63,845 nt of DNA from an uncultured bacterium. Lineage in GTDB: Bacteria; Patescibacteriota; Microgenomatia; UBA1400; UBA12108. Under the pieces are notes generated by a model, which had not been told where the DNA came from, searched no databases, and saw only the letters and a list, made by a program, of their open reading frames with translations. Location of the stretch: the NCBI GenBank assembly GCA_903945195.1, contig CAJAUT010000019.1, positions 1 to 63,845 of the forward strand, read 5' to 3'. The position numbers and the translations under genes were made by a program. Of the stretch, positions 26,432 through 34,414 are shown piece by piece (the stretch's first letter is position 1; the number at the start of each line of letters is the position of its first letter).

Positions 26432-27766
26432 ATGAGGCAAACACTGCAGTACCTCACAGGCTCCCTCTTCGCTATAGCCATCCTGCTATTTATCTTTGTC
26501 GTGCCCTCACACACTTCTCTCCCCATCTTTATCCTCTTTATCACCTTGTTTCTCCTGATCCAGGGTTACTTGGCCACCCGCTCTATGCTATTTGGGTTCA
26601 ATCATCGCCCTGCAGCTAGCATACCTCCACACGCAGCTACTCGCAGCTTCACACTCATCGTCCCAGCTCGGGATGAATCAGAGGTGATCGGCCATACCAT
26701 CAATACCTTGTCTGCGCTTGAATACCCCAGAGATCTCTACGAAGTCCTCGTCATGATCAGAGCCGATGATTTTGCCACTATTGCCGCTGCCTCACGCGCT
26801 ATTTCAGACTCGGGAGCTGACAATATCAAAGTAGTACAAGTAGACGGAGATGCAAACAACAAGTCCTACTCCCTAAACATCGCGCTTCATGTAGCTAAGC
26901 ATGAAATTATCGGCATTTTTGACGCCGAGGATGAGCCCCACCAGACAATCTTGCAGAGAGTCAACGACTTCATGCTCGCCCATCCAGATTCACTAGCAGT
27001 CCAGGCACCAGTACACCTAGTCAATCTAAATAGTTCTTGGTTTAGCAGCTTGAGCGCGATCGAGTATTACTACTGGTTTACCTCCTCCCTACCCTTTTTT
27101 GCTACCAAAAACATCGTACCTCTAGGTGGCAACACTATCTTCACAAAAAAAGAAATCTACCAAAAACTGGGCATTTACGACGAATCATGCCTGACTGAAG
27201 ACGCTGATCTAGGTATCCGCCTGGCCGTACAAAATATCAAAGTCGGCATAATAGAAGATCTCTCTATAGCTACCCTAGAAGAATCGCCAACAAATGAACT
27301 CGAAGTCATCCGCCAAAGAGCCCGCTGGGACCAAGGATTTTTCCAGATCATCGAAAAATCGGACTGGACTGGCTTGTCAAAAAATCAAAAGTTTTATGCG
27401 CTCTACATCCTGACCCAGCCTATCTTCCGCCACTTGAGCTTCCTAAACATGGTCTTTGCCCCACTCCTGGCAGTATATGGCACTATCCCATTTTGGATCG
27501 TATTTGTCTCGTTTATACCTGGATATTTCCTCATACTTCAACTAGGTCTTTATCTACTTGGGTTATCAGCTTTAGCTAAACAGCATCAAATCAATATCTC
27601 TCCTTGGCGTTATGTGACCACACTCCTTGCCTTTATCCCTTACCAAGCCTTACTTACTCTTGCCACGCTCCGTGCTATGGGCAAGATGATCATTGGAGAT
27701 AACTCTTGGGACAAAACCGATCACAGCAATTCACACCGCAAAGGCCTTGCTATACTAAATTCATGA
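26432..27766 (+). CDS. integral-membrane family 2 glycosyltransferase (processive synthase type)
   Basis: DAEDEP and QRARWDQG (Q-x-x-RW) motifs, with TM helices at both ends, as in cellulose, chitin and PNAG-type synthases. Confidence 0.85.
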   Translation: MRQTLQYLTGSLFAIAILLFIFVVPSHTSLPIFILFITLFLLIQGYLATRSMLFGFNHRPAASIPPHAATRSFTLIVPARDESEVIGHTINTLSALEYPRDLYEVLVMIRADDFATIAAASRAISDSGADNIKVVQVDGDANNKSYSLNIALHVAKHEIIGIFDAEDEPHQTILQRVNDFMLAHPDSLAVQAPVHLVNLNSSWFSSLSAIEYYYWFTSSLPFFATKNIVPLGGNTIFTKKEIYQKLGIYDESCLTEDADLGIRLAVQNIKVGIIEDLSIATLEESPTNELEVIRQRARWDQGFFQIIEKSDWTGLSKNQKFYALYILTQPIFRHLSFLNMVFAPLLAVYGTIPFWIVFVSFIPGYFLILQLGLYLLGLSALAKQHQINISPWRYVTTLLAFIPYQALLTLATLRAMGKMIIGDNSWDKTDHSNSHRKGLAILNS

Positions 27767-29733
27767 AAAAATATTTTTTACCTACACTCATTTTTTTCAT
27801 TGCAGCCTCCGTTGCGCTGTTCAATATCTCAGGTTTCCCCAAAATGATCGGTGACGAAGGTATCTACGTCTCACAAGCCTATTGGCTCTCTCATTTTGGC
27901 CATCTTGGGCCTTATACCTACTGGTACGACCATTTCCCTCTTGGCTGGGCCCAGATAGGCTTATGGCAGCTCCTCACAGGTGCCACTGGGTTCTTTAGTA
28001 GTGCAGTGCTCTCTGCTCGTGTTTTTATGGGTTTGGTACTAGGTGGCACCACCACTCTCTTATATCTGCTAGCCAATAAGCTCACAAATTCCAAGATATT
28101 GTCATTTACCTCGGTCTTCATATTTATCATGAGCTCGCTCACTCTTACTTTTGGGCGGATGGTACTGCTCGACAATTTAGCCATTTTTTGGTTTTTACTC
28201 AGTCTGCTGTTACTCATAAATAATCCCAAACAGATCAAGAACCTTGCTCTTTCAGGACTCGCATTAGGTCTTAGCATTCTGACCAAAGAGTCACTACTGT
28301 TCTTTTTGCCACCCTACCTATATCTGGCTTACTACTTAAATAAAGACAACATTCACTCTAAATATGCCCTCCTAGTCAGCTACGTCACCATCTTTTTTAT
28401 CCTAGGCTTCTTCCCGCTACTAGCAATTCTAAAAAATGAATTTTTGCCCCAAGCAAATCAGGTATCACTTCTGGGTACAATCCTATTGCAAGCAGGCAGA
28501 GGCTCTGAAATACCATTTTATCTCGAGGGTTCACACTTCCGCCAGATGCTTAGTGTCTGGCTTAGCATCGACCCAATATTGCTAATTGTAGGTAGTATCT
28601 CGACTATAGCCACGTTATTGTTTGGCAAAGCACTCACTCGCATCCTCAGTCTCTTTACTATCTTTTTTACACTATTTCTTGTTCGTGGAGGTCAAATATA
28701 TGACTTTTATCTGATCCCACTCTTACCGCTTTTTGCTCTCAACTTCGCTCTCTTTTTACACAATCTTGCTCCTTTCAAAAAGGTATATTTTCTCAGTTTC
28801 CTCTTTACTTTGATACTTGGATTCTACGTAGCGACAAACTCTCTCTACCCTTGGACTTCACAAGCCACATCAGCCCAAAAAGAAGCGATAGATACGCTCA
28901 TAGATCTCGGGCCAAAAGCAGTCATTGCCGCTCCAGACTATACTTTTCTAGATGTATATCTATCTGATCCATCCACCTCTATCAGCTGGTACAGAAAAGT
29001 AGAATCAGATCCAGCAGTCAGATTTTCTGTGGGTAAGGTGACAAATATTCTTACAGACAACCAATTCGACAACGAACTCACCGGAGGTGAACTACCATAC
29101 CTTAAATCTCTCATCCAAAACAATAAACCCGCTGCCAAATTTGGAAGCCTTCTCTCTCCAGGAGAAATCACAAGACCTTACACCCAAGAATTCTTAAATC
29201 TCTACAACCTCGAAGCACAAAATAATACTGTCGAAACTATCATCTCCTTGCAAACCATAGATTCAAACTCTCTATCAAGTTACCAGGCAGATCCCCCACA
29301 CGCAATTCTAGTTAACAAAGAGAATTTTAGTAGCTCGCTAGATCTGCAAAACAAACTCCTGCTTATCAAAACCATATTGCCTACAACCGAGATATTAGTA
29401 TCCCAAGATAGCGAAGGTCACAACACCATACCCTGGATAAGCACCAACGCCCGTAGTTTTTTCAAATCAAAAAATGAGGCCATAGATGCCACACTGCGCA
29501 AAACAGAAGCGTTAAAAGGACTTGGTTTTACTAGTGTCATAGTCGCAACTACTAAAAACGATGATGGATATCTAGATTCTATTCTCACAGCCACAAAATC
29601 CCATCTCATCCCATATCTCTTCTACACTGTCACAATCCCAGAATTTGCAGAAAATGTCATTGTAAGCACGGAATCTGATCTAGAAACACTAAAAAAATCC
29701 AACTTTGCCGGAAATATCTATCTTACTGATTAA
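27763..29733 (+). CDS. GT-C fold glycosyltransferase (PMT/ArnT-like) with large C-terminal extracytoplasmic domain
   Basis: The start ATG overlaps the GT2 stop (ATGA). The first-loop GDEGIY motif is DE-type. More than 10 TM helices, then a soluble domain of about 270 aa. Confidence 0.7.
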   Translation: MKKYFLPTLIFFIAASVALFNISGFPKMIGDEGIYVSQAYWLSHFGHLGPYTYWYDHFPLGWAQIGLWQLLTGATGFFSSAVLSARVFMGLVLGGTTTLLYLLANKLTNSKILSFTSVFIFIMSSLTLTFGRMVLLDNLAIFWFLLSLLLLINNPKQIKNLALSGLALGLSILTKESLLFFLPPYLYLAYYLNKDNIHSKYALLVSYVTIFFILGFFPLLAILKNEFLPQANQVSLLGTILLQAGRGSEIPFYLEGSHFRQMLSVWLSIDPILLIVGSISTIATLLFGKALTRILSLFTIFFTLFLVRGGQIYDFYLIPLLPLFALNFALFLHNLAPFKKVYFLSFLFTLILGFYVATNSLYPWTSQATSAQKEAIDTLIDLGPKAVIAAPDYTFLDVYLSDPSTSISWYRKVESDPAVRFSVGKVTNILTDNQFDNELTGGELPYLKSLIQNNKPAAKFGSLLSPGEITRPYTQEFLNLYNLEAQNNTVETIISLQTIDSNSLSSYQADPPHAILVNKENFSSSLDLQNKLLLIKTILPTTEILVSQDSEGHNTIPWISTNARSFFKSKNEAIDATLRKTEALKGLGFTSVIVATTKNDDGYLDSILTATKSHLIPYLFYTVTIPEFAENVIVSTESDLETLKKSNFAGNIYLTD

Positions 29734-29999
29734 CCTAGGATATAAGATCTAAAAGTTAGTTTATACAAAGTAGTAGTTACAATTGCTGCCATAGCAATAC
29801 TTGCAAGTACCATAAGTCCTTGATTATCACCATCACCTGTCTCTGCATATTGCTGAACTGTTTGATTTGCAGTTGTTTCTCCACACACTTCCCCACCACC
29901 ATAAGAGTTAGTTGAGTTTGAACATGTGCGAGCAGTTTCGGCCTTGGCTTGACCTGCTAAAAGAAATAGTAAGGCGGCGATCAAAAACATCTTTTTCAT
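29730..29999 (-). CDS. small secreted sortase substrate (YAETG sorting signal)
   Basis: Signal peptide (LLFLLAGQAKA), then a C-terminal YAETG motif, a hydrophobic helix and a basic tail (KLTFRSY). The next gene downstream on this strand after the sortase gene. Confidence 0.6.
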   Translation of the reverse strand: MKKMFLIAALLFLLAGQAKAETARTCSNSTNSYGGGEVCGETTANQTVQQYAETGDGDNQGLMVLASIAMAAIVTTTLYKLTFRSYILG

Positions 30000-30085
30000 A
30001 CTCGCTACTATACCACCCTATAATCATTTTGTCAAATATCTATAGGTCATATTTCCAGAGTAAGCACAAGTTTATCTAGGACAAA

Positions 30086-30808
30086 TTAGATCATTAGTTT
30101 CGCGTATACAAAAATCCGTATGGGAGATACCAAATACTTACAGGTATACAGGATCAAATCACTCGAATAATCGCTAATTGCAGTCCCCTCTTCTAGCTTT
30201 GTCACTTTGTATTTATATCTGTGCTGATTCCAGACTATCTCCACCTCATCTCCTGGCTTTAAATCAGGGAGTTTATAAAAGGAATTCTTGAGTCTATACG
30301 TTTGAGTCCAATCAATGTAGCCAAATCTATGAGCTGCCAAGATAACCGGTCTACCAGAACTTGGAATAGCCAGATCTGGAGTAGCAAAATCACTAGTTCT
30401 CCACACTCCTTTTTTTAGAGCTTTTTCATAATTTTCAACTTCTGCTTCCCAGATGATCGTATTCACCCCTATCTTTGGGATACTCAGAAAGTGTCCATCT
30501 GGAAGCGAGACATCTCTTGAGATTTCTACAGTCGAAACTTTCTCCGTAGCTATTTGCTCACTAGCTTTGGCTTCTCTTGTAATACTTTTGCTCGTTTCTT
30601 GAAGCGATTTCCCAAGTGTGCCAGATGTCCCTGGTAGCACCGTATAGTAAAGATAGAGTCCCACTGGGTAACTAGATAGGATTGCAAACACACTCCAGAG
30701 AGTAAAAGCCATCCCCGCGAAGATCGCCGCCAGAGTAGAAGGCCCTCTTTTATACAAAATCTGATATTTCTTCTGACGTCTTCGTTTCCAGGTGGCAAAA
30801 TAACTCAT
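30086..30808 (-). CDS. sortase family transpeptidase
   Basis: N-terminal TM anchor, catalytic His (LAAHRFGY), Cys (LILYTCKY) and a C-terminal Arg region. Confidence 0.85.
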   Translation of the reverse strand: MSYFATWKRRRQKKYQILYKRGPSTLAAIFAGMAFTLWSVFAILSSYPVGLYLYYTVLPGTSGTLGKSLQETSKSITREAKASEQIATEKVSTVEISRDVSLPDGHFLSIPKIGVNTIIWEAEVENYEKALKKGVWRTSDFATPDLAIPSSGRPVILAAHRFGYIDWTQTYRLKNSFYKLPDLKPGDEVEIVWNQHRYKYKVTKLEEGTAISDYSSDLILYTCKYLVSPIRIFVYAKLMI

Positions 30809-30817
30809 GTCTATATG

Positions 30818-31927
30818 TTACACGATCTCGTGCTTTTTGAGAGCTTCTATCACCTTATCATGCACTTTCTCTATAGAGAGCAGCTTACCTTTGGAGTCGA
30901 CACACTTGATCACTTCCCAGTGCTTATTCTTTTTAGCTAGTTCCAGGTATAGTGACAGGACCTCTTTTTGGTAAGCCACATTGGCTTCGTTTATATCCTT
31001 TTTCTTGCCTGCTACATAGTCTCGACTAGCTTTTTGATCTATCAGTTTCTGACTGATCTCTACAGGCACATAGAGAAATAGCACTAGATCCTCTTTTGGT
31101 AGTTTGTGTTCTTTGTACTCCATGTCATAAAGCCATTTGATAAACTCTTCTCTTTTTTCTTTATCCACCCGAGCAGTCTGGAAAGCCATAGAACTAGTGG
31201 TATACCTGTTTGCCACCACCGTATTGCCTTCTTCTAGCCAGTCCACTATCTCATCACGTGCCGTCAGACGATCCATAGCGTAGAAAAGAGATGTCAGATA
31301 AGGACTCGAGCTTTCTAAACTGCCAAACTCACCAGATAGGTAGCGGCCCACCATCTGACCATGGAACGAGGTGTAATATCGAGGGAAATCTATATATTTA
31401 TTGCGGATATTGTTTGAGTCTAGGTATTTTAGCAGTAGCTCTGTCTGGGTACCTTTTCCAGATCCATCAGTCCCATCTATCACCACTAGCTTGCCCTTGC
31501 GCTTCGCCATCGAGACAAAATAGTCCATGTTTTTCTTGAGGACGGTCTTGATATTGCCCTTACTATAATGAGCTACGTACAATTCTGGATGACCTTCAAT
31601 CATCATGGGTAGTGGCATCGCAGCCTCTTTGTAATAAAGGGCTAAGACTTGTTTACCATGATTCAATGCATATTCAATAAGGAATGCTGTTCCCCAACTT
31701 GGCTTTGTAACCTCAGCAATCATAAAATCAGCTTGATCTATCAAGATGGTTTCTCTTTTATACAAACTTTTCGCCGACAATCCATCTCCAAGTTCTGTAT
31801 CAGGATCTATCACATGAGGATTTACTATAGAGTGTCCTAGCTTCTCCAAATTTGCTACAACTTCCTGATATAGAGGAAGTAATGATCTATCAAATTGAAA
31901 AGACGCACCAAAATATGCTTTCATCAC
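30818..31927 (-). CDS. tmk: fusion: nucleoside 2-deoxyribosyltransferase-like domain + thymidylate kinase
   Basis: The N-terminal ADFMIAEVTKPSWGTAFLIEYALNHGKQVLALYY block is NDT/Rcl-like. The C-terminal half has dTMP-kinase motifs: P-loop VVIDGTDGSGKGTQ and the DR motif (AMDRL). Confidence 0.8.
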   Translation of the reverse strand: MMKAYFGASFQFDRSLLPLYQEVVANLEKLGHSIVNPHVIDPDTELGDGLSAKSLYKRETILIDQADFMIAEVTKPSWGTAFLIEYALNHGKQVLALYYKEAAMPLPMMIEGHPELYVAHYSKGNIKTVLKKNMDYFVSMAKRKGKLVVIDGTDGSGKGTQTELLLKYLDSNNIRNKYIDFPRYYTSFHGQMVGRYLSGEFGSLESSSPYLTSLFYAMDRLTARDEIVDWLEEGNTVVANRYTTSSMAFQTARVDKEKREEFIKWLYDMEYKEHKLPKEDLVLFLYVPVEISQKLIDQKASRDYVAGKKKDINEANVAYQKEVLSLYLELAKKNKHWEVIKCVDSKGKLLSIEKVHDKVIEALKKHEIV

Positions 31928-31969
31928 AATATAGTACTATTATCACCAGATACTAGCAACCAAATCAAT

Positions 31970-33076
31970 CTATATCGGAAAACCACCTTTTGCCGCCCCG
32001 CTACCCCACAACTGCATAGCTTTACGCTGGCTCGGTGGTAGGTTTCGTACAAGGATACTATTTGACCAATCCGCGTGGTATGGACTCATAGGACTCACGA
32101 CCTCTCGTTCCCTCATCTTGGATTTTTGCCAATAATCCGCATCATTCACACTTAATCCATATCTCCAGGGATGATAACGGAAAAATTCAGGTTTTTGCCA
32201 AGTATAATTCACTCCAGGGGAAAAAATGCCTTCCGTACGAGATGGCCGCATAACCATTTGTTTGCGTTTTAAGATATATCCCATCCTTTCAGTCATAAAC
32301 GACTCAAACTCCTCCATATCCAAATGCTGTGATAATCGCTCAAATCGAGAACTAGGATGACCGATACTATTTGCCCAATACTCCGCCTTCAACTCACGGG
32401 GATCGCTTCCCCAATCATATCTCTCCTTACTTTTACCTGGTCTTCCTACAGCAAATGCTCTATATGGCAAATGCATATCTCGACTATTAAATGCCAAGAA
32501 ATTATTCAAATATCTCTGTCTCCATCGCTCAGCGCTTGTTGTTAATTCCTCCCTACTATTTGGACAACCAACTAACTCTTCGTAGACTCGATCCCCCGCC
32601 AAATACAAAGAGGTGAAGATACTTCCTAAAGGTTTTAGTGTCACATCAGCAGATTCAAGTGCATTTTGCCAACTTTTGTCCAACAAACTGTTTAAAGTTG
32701 CCTGAAACAATACTCCTTGCACAAGTTCTATCATCCCAGGAGCCAACCAAAACCATTCTCCACTACCAAAAACTGTAGCATCAGTAACCTCAGCAAAAAG
32801 ACCAAGTTTTTTCAAAGTATATACCGCTGCCTCGTTAATGTCAGTAGCCATCGGGGTAATACGATTTTGTCTCATTTCTAAGGATTTTCGCGAATTACCA
32901 CCCGAACCAGCATCAATCACTATTCCTCTATCACCAAATACGGGATGAGGAGGCAACGCTTCAACCATCCACTCTATCGGAAAATCAGAGGTAGATAAGA
33001 TATCGGAAACTGGCATTTTTTCCCATATTCTACGTTCCAATAAAGCTGGATCATGTTCCTGTACACCTAACCCCAT
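31970..33076 (-). CDS. class I SAM-methyltransferase-like protein with long C-terminal extension
   Basis: Motif I-like IVIDAGSGGN followed by an acidic ATDIN. The roughly 170 C-terminal residues are W/R-rich and unrecognised. Confidence 0.4.
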   Translation of the reverse strand: MGLGVQEHDPALLERRIWEKMPVSDILSTSDFPIEWMVEALPPHPVFGDRGIVIDAGSGGNSRKSLEMRQNRITPMATDINEAAVYTLKKLGLFAEVTDATVFGSGEWFWLAPGMIELVQGVLFQATLNSLLDKSWQNALESADVTLKPLGSIFTSLYLAGDRVYEELVGCPNSREELTTSAERWRQRYLNNFLAFNSRDMHLPYRAFAVGRPGKSKERYDWGSDPRELKAEYWANSIGHPSSRFERLSQHLDMEEFESFMTERMGYILKRKQMVMRPSRTEGIFSPGVNYTWQKPEFFRYHPWRYGLSVNDADYWQKSKMREREVVSPMSPYHADWSNSILVRNLPPSQRKAMQLWGSGAAKGGFPI

Positions 33077-33103
33077 AACTGTAATTTTTCTACCGAGTTA
33101 AAA

Positions 33104-33742
33104 CTAGACCAATAATAGTCCTATATCATACACCGTCTGACAACTAGCATCTGACTTGTCGCTCTCCCCACCCACAAATATCGTCTGCATACCCACCGCT
33201 TTTGCCCCCTCTATATCTATATCCTCCCTATCCCCTACGTAGACTATCTCCTGTGGATTCATCTCTAGGCTCTCTATGGCCGCTAGAAAAGGCTGGGGAT
33301 CAGGCTTTACCCATCCCTGGTCATAACAGTATATTCTGGGGTCAAAATCATGGTAGTCTAGCCCCAGGTGAGTCATTTTGCGCTCTACCTGACTCCCACT
33401 ACCATTTGTTATCACAAACAATCTATACTTCTTTTTCAGTTCTGACATCATTTTAACTAGTTTGAGGTCTTTTGACACGTATTTATGTATTTCGACCTGG
33501 TCCCATACACTTTGAAATATTTTCTCCCCTTCAAGTCCAAAAGAGTTCAGAGTCATAGTGTTACTACGATACATCTCTCTACGCTTCAAGTATTCCTCGA
33601 CTATCTCATCTGGATCTTGGGAAAGTGCCTTGGCTGCTTTTTGGATAAGTATCTTGCCTATCTGCTGAGACATTGCTTCTGGCGCATGATAAAGGGTGCC
33701 ATCCACATCAAATCCGATTGCCCGTATGTTTTGAAAGCTCAT
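33104..33742 (-). CDS. HAD-superfamily hydrolase
   Basis: Motif I FDVDGTL, motif III/IV VGDREDIDIEGAKAVGM. Confidence 0.85.
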   Translation of the reverse strand: MSFQNIRAIGFDVDGTLYHAPEAMSQQIGKILIQKAAKALSQDPDEIVEEYLKRREMYRSNTMTLNSFGLEGEKIFQSVWDQVEIHKYVSKDLKLVKMMSELKKKYRLFVITNGSGSQVERKMTHLGLDYHDFDPRIYCYDQGWVKPDPQPFLAAIESLEMNPQEIVYVGDREDIDIEGAKAVGMQTIFVGGESDKSDASCQTVYDIGLLLV

Positions 33743-33769
33743 GCTGATAGTTTAACACTCTTCAAGCTC

Positions 33770-34393
33770 TTAAAACGATCTCCTTTTATAAGTAATAGGG
33801 ACCACAATCCCAGCCCCAAAAAACCACTTCCCAGTCCGCAAAGAAGCATCATACCAAAGTGATTGAAGCTCAGATTTATGGATCCGCGATGATCCATCAT
33901 ATGCACTCTCACCAAGTAAAATGTATCCTCGACTATCTATGGCAAACGCCATTGCATAATGCCCAGCATCCCCAGATAGCTTCTCCTCTACAGTACACTC
34001 AGGCTCCTGATAATCTATGATCACTGCGTGGTTGCCTCCATGCAATATTTGTCCCAAATATCCAACGGTCATATTTTCAAAGAGATAACTCAGTATACCC
34101 ATGTTTGTCATGCCTCTAGACATTTGATCAGGATCCACTCCTGCATATGTCACCCCGATTTCCCTACTTACTCTATCCTCATCGAGCTCTATTCCTTGCA
34201 GTCTCCCGGCTGTAATTACTTGTGAAACACTACAATTATAGTCAGTAGATTGAGTTTCCACTTTGTACAAACCAGATGCGTACTTCGCAGGCAATCTCCA
34301 CTGGCGGTAGTGTTCATCTGAAACAGGGGGCTTATCTACTATTTGCTGCACTCTCCACAACCCTAAATTATTAGCTTGTTCTACTTGAAACAT
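33770..34393 (-). CDS. papain-like (C39-like) cysteine peptidase domain protein (putative)
   Basis: Candidate catalytic Cys (TDYNCSVSQV) and His (GHYAMAFAID) with spacing reminiscent of the C39/BtrH-like fold. Confidence 0.35.
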   Translation of the reverse strand: MFQVEQANNLGLWRVQQIVDKPPVSDEHYRQWRLPAKYASGLYKVETQSTDYNCSVSQVITAGRLQGIELDEDRVSREIGVTYAGVDPDQMSRGMTNMGILSYLFENMTVGYLGQILHGGNHAVIIDYQEPECTVEEKLSGDAGHYAMAFAIDSRGYILLGESAYDGSSRIHKSELQSLWYDASLRTGKWFFGAGIVVPITYKRRSF

Positions 34394-34414
34394 CTAAAAA
34401 TCATATCAAACCTG

